Below, piece after piece: positions 48,747-58,654 of a DNA stretch of 64,000 bases (the stretch's first letter is position 1; the number at the start of each line of letters is the position of its first letter). Source of the stretch: Macrostomum lignano (Eukaryota). Made by a program: the position numbers and the translations under genes. The notes below the pieces were generated by a model, which was not told the DNA's origin, searched no databases, and saw only the letters and a program-made list of their open reading frames with translations. Where the stretch lies: positions 65,575-129,574 of the forward strand of contig NIVC01002933.1 of assembly GCA_002269645.1 (NCBI GenBank), given 5' to 3'.

Positions 48747-49991
48747 TCATGCCCTTGGTTGTTGCAGCTGCTGCACCTGCTGCTGGAGCTGCTGCACCTG
48801 CTGCTGGAGCTGCTCGACGCTCCTTGTCCGCTCGTCCAGTCCGCTCAGCAGAGTCCGCAGCTGCGAGACGCCTCCGAACCTGTCAGCCAGCTGCTCGAGC
48901 TCCATGGTGCTGTGAGCCCAGTTCGCCACGTTGACCTGCAGCTTCTTGAACTGCTCGAAGACGCTGCCGACTCGCCTCTTCACATCGGCCACCTCGCGAC
49001 CGTCGGCGGCTGTGGGGGCGGGAGGTGCGGCACCGGCGGAAGACTGCGGGACCGCGGCTGCTGGAAATGAACAATGAAATATTATTGCAATAGCGACCAA
49101 CAAAACATTCGCATTCAACCACCTTAATGTATTAGCGCACATTGATCTTTGCTATAATTCAACAGAAAAGCTTACCAGAATTCGACGGAAGAGCAGCTGC
49201 CTGCTTGAGCTTCGAGTCCATGAGCTCAAGGTGAGAGTCCATGCTGTCCTTGTAGTGCCTCTCCAGATCGGACCTGCGCACCATCGCCCTGCAGCCCAGG
49301 TGAGAGTACTTGCACTCTACCGGTCTCTCGGGACACTCCGACAGGTGAGCAACATATCCCCGCCTGTCCATCGGTGTGCTCCGCTCCGAGCAGTGAGGAC
49401 AGCGAGCTGAGAATCTCGGACAGCACACATCGGACTGCAGATTCCTGTGACTGGTCTCCATCTCGCTGTGTGTGACCAGCTGAGAGCACAGGTCGCAGGT
49501 CTCCTTCCTGTGGCGACACTCGCTGCTGGTGTGTCGCTGCATGTCCTTCTTCAGAATGAGCTCTTTACACTGCTCACAGCGGAGTGAGTGCCAGTCGCAG
49601 CTCTGTTGCACATGCTGGTCCATGCGAGCCCATTCGAGTTGGACAGAGCAGCCGGCGTCGCAGTTCGGACAGCGGACTCGCAGCTTGGCGACCTCGCGTC
49701 TCGTCGCCATGTCGGGAAAGCAGGTAGCCCGGCTCACCTCGATCTCGACCTCGCCGCCCCCGTCCTCCTCCGAGTGGTGGTCTCTGAGTGTGCAGGTCTC
49801 GGTGTGTCCGGGACAGGGCCGCTTCTCCACCTCGTGCAGCAGGCCGGTGATGCAGGCCTGGCACAGGCGGCACCCGTGCGGAGTCTGTCGGGCGTTGAAG
49901 AGCGGCTTGGAGCAGCTGCTGCACTGCAGGTGAGCCGGCAGATCGGAGACCGGCCGGGCTGCCGACACACTCGAAGCAGCTCGTAGGCCAT
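48747..49991 (-). pseudogene. TRAF-like copy 9, both exons present but with a 1-nt deletion five codons after the ATG
   Basis: ATG GCC TAC GAG CTG C-T TCG AGT versus CTG CCT TCG AGT in other copies. Exons 49991-49176 and 49060-48747. Intron nearly identical to copy 5. Confidence 0.75.
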
Positions 49992-51198
49992 GTTTAGACT
50001 TAAGTCATGAGATGATGAAAACTGTTGATGAAATCGTGAATACGTGGCAAAGCAGTTGCCTCAGTGCATTATAAACTCTGTTCGTTTTTTATCTTGTTTG
50101 GTAACGTGGCTGCTTCGTCACCGATCTATTTATAGCGCTTGCCCGAAATGGAAATTCCAAGGAACTGTTCTATTTTTAGAAGCGACCACGCATTTTCGCT
50201 TATGCGTGGTCGCATAAGGGAAGCTTAGGGAATTTCCCAATGAATTATTCTGTTCTTGCAACACTGTACAAGAAATCTGTGCCTTAACACTCCACAGGAC
50301 TCCGCCTTAGCTATTGCTTTGCGAGACGCGGTATGGCATCTATGTATAAGGCATTACCTCGTAATTGTGTTATTGTGTGTAATTTTCAAAAAGAATCATT
50401 AACAAAATAGCTTGTGACACAATACCTTGGTAGAGAATTGCTCATTTGGCAATTGCATGTCATAGTGTAATGCGAACTTTGCATAGACAACACCAGAGTT
50501 AAGAAAGTAAAGAGACGCAACCGGAAAGAAATACCATAGACAAAAGAAAACAAGTGCAGTCTGTAAGAACAGTTAAGAAGAGCGTCCACAGCATACAGGG
50601 GCCTTTGCTGTAGAATACTCCTAAATCATAAATCCATGCGAGTGTCCTAACTCCAAGGACCAAATCTTACTCTTAGGTTAGTAGGAGTGTCATTTTATCA
50701 TGTTTTCGGGCAGCAACCTCGGCTCGGACTCGGCTCGGAGCCAACGATCGACGACCCAGGAAATCTAAGCAAAGAATAAACTTTTTAGAACAGTTTCATA
50801 CTGTGTCACGATTTCGGCTCAATGCGAAACAACTCGCTATCTGGAAAAATCGAATTCCAAGCCGGACTCGTTGCAACTATGATTTTAGTGCCGAGCAGCA
50901 GGTTTTAGTAATAGCAGGCGAGCGGGCACCGAAAAGTGCATCTTTTAGGGCCGCAATGGCTTTAACGAATGCATTTTTTTGGCTGACTTGCATTGTTGAA
51001 TTACTCCTGAAGGTGACATCTAGGAGTTTATAATATCGCACGCAGATTGGCAGGACTCCCTAGCCAATCACCTTACACTCCTTAGAACTCCTCGATCCCA
51101 TGCTGCACTCCATCGAACAACTCCTAGCCAACTCCGAACTATTGGTTCTTGAACTGGCTATAGCACTCAAAATCGATTCACTCCTTGCTAGGAGCACT

Positions 51199-51209
51199 CC
51201 TGACTCCTA

Positions 51210-51251
<42 letters not shown>

Positions 51252-51328
51252 ACTCCTGACTCCTGACTCCTAACTCCTAACTCCTGACTCCTGACTCCTG
51301 ACACCTAACTCCTGACTCCTGACTCCTA

Positions 51329-51370
<42 letters not shown>

Positions 51371-51468
51371 ACTCCTGACTCCTGACTCCTGACTCCTAAC
51401 TCCTAACTCCTGACTCCTTACTCCTAACTCCTGACTCCTAACTCCTGACTCCTGACTCCTGACTCCTA

Positions 51469-51503
<35 letters not shown>

Positions 51504-51559
51504 ACTCCTGACTCCTGACTCCTAACTCCTGACTCCTAACTCCTGACTCCTGACTCCTA

Positions 51560-51594
<35 letters not shown>

Positions 51595-51608
51595 ACTCCT
51601 GACTCCTA

Positions 51609-51643
<35 letters not shown>

Positions 51644-51797
51644 ACTCCTAACTCCTGACTCCTGACTCCTAACTCCTGACTCCTAACTCCTGACTCCTAA
51701 CTCCTGACTCCTGACTCCTAACTCCTGACTCCTGACTCCTGACTCCTAACTCCTGACTCCTGACTCCTAACTCCTGACTCCTAACTCCTGACTCCTA

Positions 51798-51874
<77 letters not shown>

Positions 51875-52106
51875 ACTCCTGACTCCTAACTCCTGACTCC
51901 TGACTCCTAACTCCTGACTCCTAACTCCTGACTCCTGACTCCTAACTCCTGACTCCTGACTCCTAACTCCTAACTCCTAACTCCTAACTCCTGACTCCTG
52001 ACTCCTAACTCCTGACTCCTAACTCCTAACTCCTGACGCCTGACTCCTGACTCCTAACTCCTGACTCCTAACTCCTGACTCCTGACTCCTGACTCCTAAC
52101 TCCTAG

Positions 52107-52140
<34 letters not shown>

Positions 52141-52150
52141 ACTCCTGACG

Positions 52151-52187
<37 letters not shown>
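51199..52187. repeat. Heptamer array CTCCTGA/CTCCTAA (minus strand TCAGGAG/TTAGGAG)
   Basis: About 1 kb of two interspersed 7-mers. Confidence 0.95.
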
Positions 52188-52188
<1 letters not shown>

Positions 52189-52787
52189 TGCTCTTTAATC
52201 TATAGCACGGGCACCAGTATCGTTATCATGAATTAATTGGAATGCAAGAATAGACTTAAAGATATCATGATTAACTGGGCAAATCTTCCAACTGACTCCA
52301 TTGACGGCTTATCCGGCTGTGAGGTCAGTTTTCTCAGCGATCTTAGCATGCGAGAACGGAATGACCAGCTACTGAGGTTCATTAGACTTCCTGAACAAGA
52401 CAATCTTGCTGATCATGCAAATCGCCATGCCATACCGATGTTTGAGCATGGAGACCGATTTGCCCGATTTGCCAAGTTGAAAAGTAGCACCGCTGACCAA
52501 CTTCCATGGAACCGGATGCGAGTTCAAGAACTGTTCGTTTGTCTTCAATCCGAAAGAGTGAACTGTCTCAATGTAACTTGACTATTGCAACATACTCAAA
52601 GTCCCTGACTAACGCTGCATACAATTAGTCTGTTAATCCTATGTTTTATATACTCGTTTCCTGTTCCTTTTAAATAAACCGAAAACCAAGTGAACAGTTT
52701 CCGTTTAAAAAATTCCAACTAAGTCTGTGGCTTAACGGAATTTAGGCACAATATATCTTGCCTGTGAAGTTTCCACTTAGTGCTAAG

Positions 52788-53385
52788 CAGGGGCGTAGCC
52801 AGGAATATTGATTGGGGGGGCGTGAGTTAGGGGGCGCCAGTTTCTTATAGAGGGGGGGGCGCCAGTTTCTTATAGAGGGGGGGGCGCCAGTTTCTTTTAG
52901 GGGGGGCGCCAGTTTCTTTTAGAGGGGGCGCCAGTTTCTTATAGAGAGGGGGGCGCCAGTTTCTTTTAGGGGGCCAGTTTCTTATAGGGGGGGGCGCCAG
53001 TTTCTTTTAGGGGGGCGCCAGTTTCTTTTAGAGGGGGGCGCCAGTTTCTTTATAGGGGGGGGGTGCCAGTTTCTTTTGGGGGGCGCCAGTTTCTTTTAGG
53101 GGGGGGGGGCGCCAGTTTCTTTTAGAGGGGGGGGCGCCAGTTTCTTTATAGGGGGGGCGCCAGTTTCTTATAGGGGGGGGGTGCCAGTTTCTTTTGGGGG
53201 GGCGCCAGTTTCTTTTAGAGGGGGGGCGCCAGTTTCTTTATAGGGGGGGGGGGCAGTTTTTTAGGGGGGGGGGGGCGCCAGTTTCTTTTAGGGGGGGGGC
53301 GCCAGTTTCTTATAGGGGGGGGGGCGCCAGTTTCTTTTAGGGGGGGGCGCCAGTTTCTTTTAGGGGGGGGCAGTTTTTATAGAGG
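52788..53385 (+). repeat. hAT-like terminus CAGGGGCGTAGCCAGG followed by a G-rich array GnCGCCAGTTTCTT(T/A)TAG
   Basis: The terminal motif resembles hAT TIRs. The array has variable G-runs. No partner TIR was found. Confidence 0.7.
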
Positions 53386-54199
53386 GGAGCAGTTTATTTA
53401 GTTTATTTTAGCAGTAAAAGAAACAGTTAAAAATGTTTTGAGCACCTGCGCATGTACATGTAATAGACCTGCCAGAAAAACCCAACCCCAGAGGCTGACT
53501 ACGGAACTGTGAATTCGCCTGACTTTCGCAAGACGCAAACAGAATCATTGACGGTTGAGTTCGCGTCGGACCACAGCTGGCTTGGGGCATGTTATGCCAT
53601 TTGCGCCTAATGAGAGCCAATCTCAGCGCACTTTGATCGGACTGAAAGTTGATTCTGCTAGATCCTCAGGCTGAGCAGCCACCCTCTCAGATCCTCAGGC
53701 TGAGCAGCCTCCCTCTCAGATCCTCAGGCTGAGACACACCTGTTGTGCTGAAGGCTGAATAGGCCGCGCTGTACAGTAGACCCTATGTGCGGGAGTGCAT
53801 TATGAATTCTGGCCGCCATCCCGCACAAAAAGCTAATTATAGTCGGTTGGCCGTACGCGGGCAGACTTTCAAAAAATACTGGCCATACAAAAACTGGCTT
53901 TCCAAGCAGTAAACAGTGAAAATCCAGCTGGTACAAGAGCTGCTCCAATCCGGTTGGGTCAACTTCTAGCCAAACCAGAAAACCCACAGCTGCCAATTTG
54001 CTGTCACATATCTAGAAATTTTTGACGTGAGAACAAACTGTCCTATTGGCTAGAAACACTGGGTCATTTTACAGAATCGAAGCTTCGAATTGTCGAAGAC
54101 AGAAGCTGCATGTTACAATTAAATAATCACAATAGTAATTAATAACTGATTACGGTACACCTGTCCCAATGAGCAGATGTGCTACCGACAGCTCAGCCG

Positions 54200-54400
54200 C
54201 AGCTGCGTACGGCTGTTCAGCCCAAGGACCCACCCTCAATTTCCCCAACTAATGCTGGCACCCATTTTACAGCTGGGTAATCTGAAGCAATAGCGAGTTG
54301 AGTGCCTTGCTCAAAGCGACACAAATTGTTTCGAGTGAGTCGAGAATCGAACCCCCGAACTTTCAGTCGTGAGTCCGACGCTCTAACCACTAGGCTACAA
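54200..54400 (-). mobile_element. tRNA-headed CORE-type SINE
   Basis: Minus strand TAGCCTAGTGGTTAGAGCG (A box), GGTTCGATTCTC (B box), then CTTTGAGCAAGGCACTCAAC...CCCAGCTGTAAAATGGGT, which resembles the CORE domain. Confidence 0.8.
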
Positions 54401-55478
54401 CTGTAAAGTGCATGCTGTACTTTTCAGTCTCGGAACTGCACAATTCCATAACTGAAGTTAAAACAGCAAGTCTTCAAGCCTGAGAAACGACCTCAAAACA
54501 AAGCCTGCTTGATGAGTAGAGCCGATTAACCTCCAAAAGTCTGATGGTAAGCACTGCTTACCATGCGCACACCCTAGTTTCAGTCTAGGCAGAAGTCAGA
54601 TGATTCAGATCAAATATAATCTATGGTAAAATTCACACTCCGTTCCGGTCGGCTATGGTAAGCAGAACTTTTAGAACGATAGCTTCCCTGATTTTTTTAC
54701 TCGTAGTTTAGATCTCTTTCTCAATCAAAATAACCAACAGACGGTACAAAAATTTCAGCTTCCTTGAAATACAACTGTATACAGTAAGATCAGTTTTCGT
54801 TTATATAAATTTGATGTATATTTTTGCTGAGTGAGAAAACAATTGAGTAAGAATAAATTGAGTAACACCGTACGCGTAAGTTAATTAAAATTTTCTGAAG
54901 AGAAACAATCCACTCGTACCAGCGTATGATGCAAACATGAAAACTGGGACATGAAAAATGTCAGCAGAACAGAGGCGGATGCAGATTTTTTGACCCAGGA
55001 AATTATTAAGTAGTGCAGAATTTTTGTACCTAGGAGGCGGCAGCAAAGGGAAAAGACACAACAAAGGCGAGCTGCGCAGCTGGGGGCGCCACAGATGTAA
55101 GTTGTTTGGGGGGCAGTTGCCCTCTTTGCCCCCGCATAAACCCGTATTTGGAGCAGGACAGAATTGATAACAGAAAAAGTAAATGTTATTTAATTACTAT
55201 CACTTGTTTCTTAGATCTTTAAAGATGTTTTATCACGAAGTATACAAACGATTCGTTTTTGGCATTCATTCAAACAATTCTTATGGCGCATTCTCAGCAA
55301 CTCGAGATGTTAGCGCCACTAGTATTCTGAATTAATTTTTAATTATAGTCTCAGAAAGAAGAAGCTAACTGGGAGAAACCCATTTCCTCAATTTTCTTTC
55401 AGGCACACGTATAGAAGGGAATATAGCAGGAAATATTCTTCCAGCATGCGTGCACTGGGAACAAAAACTGTCAAGAAT

Positions 55479-56486
55479 TCAAGAATGCCATTGCTGAAAG
55501 CAGGTCTCCAGACACAGTCCTGGTTCACCTGGACACGCAGGGCAGCAGTAAATTGATCGTTTGATTCTTTCAGCTCAGTAGCAGACGCGACACCGCTTAG
55601 TTGGCCTTGGCTGACTTTCTCGGGCCGCAATTCGCATTGGGAAATGCGGGCTGACTTGGCCGAAGGCTTGAGCTGCAGCGGCTGCTCGCCTTCTGCTCAT
55701 CCCAGTGCTCTGCACGAATTCACGAATGCTGGCTTCCAGAAACTTAACGAACACCTTTCGGCCGCCGCACTTACAGTATACAATCCAAGCATTTCGGACC
55801 ATCTGCAAGCACAGGTGCAAACCAAGTTTCAAAAACCATTTTCTGGTTTTCCGAGCAGGCTGGTAGGGCTGCATGTGGCCGTCCATTCGATCGACGCCGC
55901 CCATGCAGCGGTTGTAACTCAAAGCTGAGCGGCACTTCTGCACTGCAGCCGCTGCTCCACCTCGGGCGATTCGTCGGACTGGAACTTTTGATGCTGCCTC
56001 CTTTGTGTCCAGCAAATACAACGTTTTTAGACCGCTTTCCTTTCTTTCAACAATCTTTGCGGCCAGTACGGCACCCTTGCGCATGAAGCCGACATCATTG
56101 GGCGGCACATTTAACTGCCTGAGCTCAATCGGCACGCCTCGGTCAGCTCGTATGGTGCAAGTCAGATGAGTATCTCGATCCAGGAGGTACATAGCCAACC
56201 GATAAGAACCAAACCACTTGTCGGCAAAAATGCGGTAGCCTTGGTCCAACAGATCTTGGCAAAGCTCGACAACAATTTTTTCGCTGAATGACAGGTTTCC
56301 GCTTTGTGGATCTAAAGCAAATCTACGATTCTCCTCCGGAGTAGCATGAACTCGAAAGTTGAACAAGTAGCCTGTTTCAGACTCACAAGCACAGTACACC
56401 TTGATGCCATACCTGGCGCGCTTAGTTGGAATGTATTGCTTGAAGCCTAATCGTCCTTTGTAAAGAACCAACGATTCGTCAACACT
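55479..56486 (-). mobile_element. piggyBac (PGBD4-like) transposase, 3' part, interrupted by the Polinton
   Basis: SVDESLVLYKGRLGFKQYIP.K.ARYGIK, FADKWFGS, YNRCMGGVDRMD and RKTRKW. A premature TGA at 55577-55575 splits the Cys-rich tail CRVCY*...YCCPACPGEPGLCLETCFQQWHS*. Similarity stops abruptly at 56486. A possible TTAA end lies at 54526. Confidence 0.88.
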
Positions 56487-57167
56487 AGTAGTATAGAAAA
56501 AGACGCTTCTAGACCCAGAGCACTTTTTTAATGACCGTTTTAAGGGTCTAGAGGGGGGACACGGGGGGTAAATAAAAAAACACATCTAAACACCCTTAAC
56601 ACATCTAATCACCCATAATCACCCCTGACAATAAAAATCATTCCCAACACTTCCAAACACTCCCCAACACTCCCCTCGCGTCCCCCCTCTTAAGACCTTA
56701 CAAACGGTCATTAAAATAAGGTCTGATCTAGAAGCGTCTTTTTATATACTACTACTCTATAACCCCTTGCCCGCGCCGCAGGCGCGAAGGGTCACAAAAG
56801 AGTTTAAACTGAGTCATGGTAATAGTAACACTCAACAAAAAATTACTCTCATAGCCACTATTGGCTAGCTTGCAAAATCTTGCCGTAGCAGGAATTGAAC
56901 GCCCACTCAGCCATCCAACTCTATAAAAACCACAGCCATCAACCCAGTTCTAGCTCATCTCTCAGGAAGAAGAAGACAGGCTCCGCGCGTCACAAGTAAA
57001 ATGGGGTGCCCACCATCAATGAATAAGTTTTTAACAAATCGTCCAGAAAAATTCTGGACGTCCAGAAAAAAATGACTCAATGCAGTATATACACCATCTT
57101 GGGTTGAAAAATATTCTTTTGTGTGTTCTCGTATTCTTTTTTTCTGTTACTAAAAATAGAACAAAAA

Positions 57168-57566
57168 ATGACACACGTTACACATGTGCAAAATATAAAT
57201 GAGTATCAGGTAGGAGATCCAATTGAATACCGAGGTGAGGGACTTTTTGATTTGGTTGGAACAGCAGCAAATTTTGTTAAAGACAATATGGGGCTTATAG
57301 GGCAAGCTGGCTCTGCAGCAGGCTCTATAACAAATGCTGTAAAAGGAGGAATTGAAGCAGCTAGAGCGGCAGAAGAACTAAAGAAATTGAGAGATTTTAA
57401 CGACACCCTCTCACAAATAAATGCAATAAAAGATTTAAAGCTGGCACAAGCCGCACAACCAACAGAAACCCCCACGAAAACCACGCCAATAAGTAATAAA
57501 GATATTCAGGATTTTAATAAAATGTTAAATACTATTAAAGGTGGAAAAGGATTAAAGAAATTTTAA
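57168..57566 (+). CDS. Polinton virion/core-type protein with putative maturation-protease sites (RGEG|LFD, KGGKG|LKK)
   Basis: GxG followed by the amphipathic LFDLVGTAANFVKDNMG. A-rich context before the ATG. Confidence 0.6.
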   Translation: MTHVTHVQNINEYQVGDPIEYRGEGLFDLVGTAANFVKDNMGLIGQAGSAAGSITNAVKGGIEAARAAEELKKLRDFNDTLSQINAIKDLKLAQAAQPTETPTKTTPISNKDIQDFNKMLNTIKGGKGLKKF

Positions 57567-57576
57567 CAATATAAAA

Positions 57577-58571
57577 ATGGACTCAGTTAATGATGATGAA
57601 AACCGGTTATATTTTATAGGAGAAATTGTAGATACCTTAAATCTTGATGATAATAAGCAAACCCACACAATGTTAAAAAGATTGGATCGATTAGGTAAAA
57701 AGTTTGACTACGACATCGATACATTTAAACTCGCAGCAAAATATGCACAAGAAGGAAGGCCAATATCCTTTAAGAATCGCGGCAGAAATTATAGGTTGAC
57801 AGACTCCGATGTGAAATTTTTAATGGAGACTCACACTAAAAAGGACGGCGGATTACTACCCATTCTACCGCTTCTTTTAGGACTTGGCGCAGCTGGAGCA
57901 GTCGGTTTAGCCGGAAAAAGAATTCATGATAATGTAAAACAGCTAGGAGAGTTAAGAGCGAAACAGGGGGAATCTTGCCCCTTGCAGCTTTGCTCCCAAT
58001 AATTTTTGCAGGAATTGGAGCAGCTGGAGGAGTTGCTGGCGGAGCAGCTGGAATTGCAAAAGCAGTAAATGACAAAAAAGCTGCGGACGAAAAAGCTAAA
58101 AGAGAGGCCGAATTTCAAAGACAGCAAATAACGCAGGACGCACAATTCAAACAGAAACTTATTGATACCATTAATAGTAGTTCAGCAACAGCAGAGCAAA
58201 AAAGAAATGCAGAAGCTAGGTTAGCAGCCGGAAAAGGTTTACTCTTGCAAGGAACAAATCACGGGAATGGTTTGGTACTAAAAGGAACAACCCAAGGAAG
58301 TGGAGTTGTCGCAGATAAACTACATGAATTTGGCCAAACTTTAGAAAAAACGGGTGAGAAAGCTAAAGGATTTTTTGACAATATTGGATCCAATTTTAGG
58401 CCAGCAGTTCAGAAGATTTTTACTAAGTTAGGAAAAGATTTTAACATCATTGAAAAACACGACGGAAGCGGATTATATCTCGAAATGCGACCAAAAGCAG
58501 GTTCAGGAATTTTCTTAAATTCAAATGTTATGGGCAATGGATTGCTATTACCAAAAGCAGATCTCGAATAG
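57577..58571 (+). CDS. Polinton PX / adenovirus pX-like core precursor, split by one missing G
   Basis: DGGLLPILPLLLGLGAAG and, with one G added to the G5 run at 57966-57970, QGGILPLAALLPIIFAGIGAAGGVAGGAAGIAKAVND. C-terminal repeated G(K/N/S)G-hydrophobic motifs. Confidence 0.75.
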
Positions 58572-58654
58572 ACTCCTGGGGGGTGGGTCAAGACACCAAA
58601 AACGCAAATTAAAAAATCAATAATTCAAACATTATATAAATTTTATTCTATAAA

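Noticed and set aside
9-49991. Recurrent alternative-frame and antisense ORFs over each TRAF exon (MQRAHPEEG.., MPVAALLH.., MCRCMSFF..)
   Set aside because: Shadows of a GC-rich, recently duplicated exon. Their conservation only reflects DNA identity.
52237-52581. 114-aa ORF, possible Penelope/GIY-YIG remnant
   Set aside because: Only a vague H-x4-H resemblance, a TTG start and no catalytic motif.
54300-54400. tRNA gene
   Set aside because: A and B boxes are present, but they run into a CORE-like SINE body with no proper acceptor stem.
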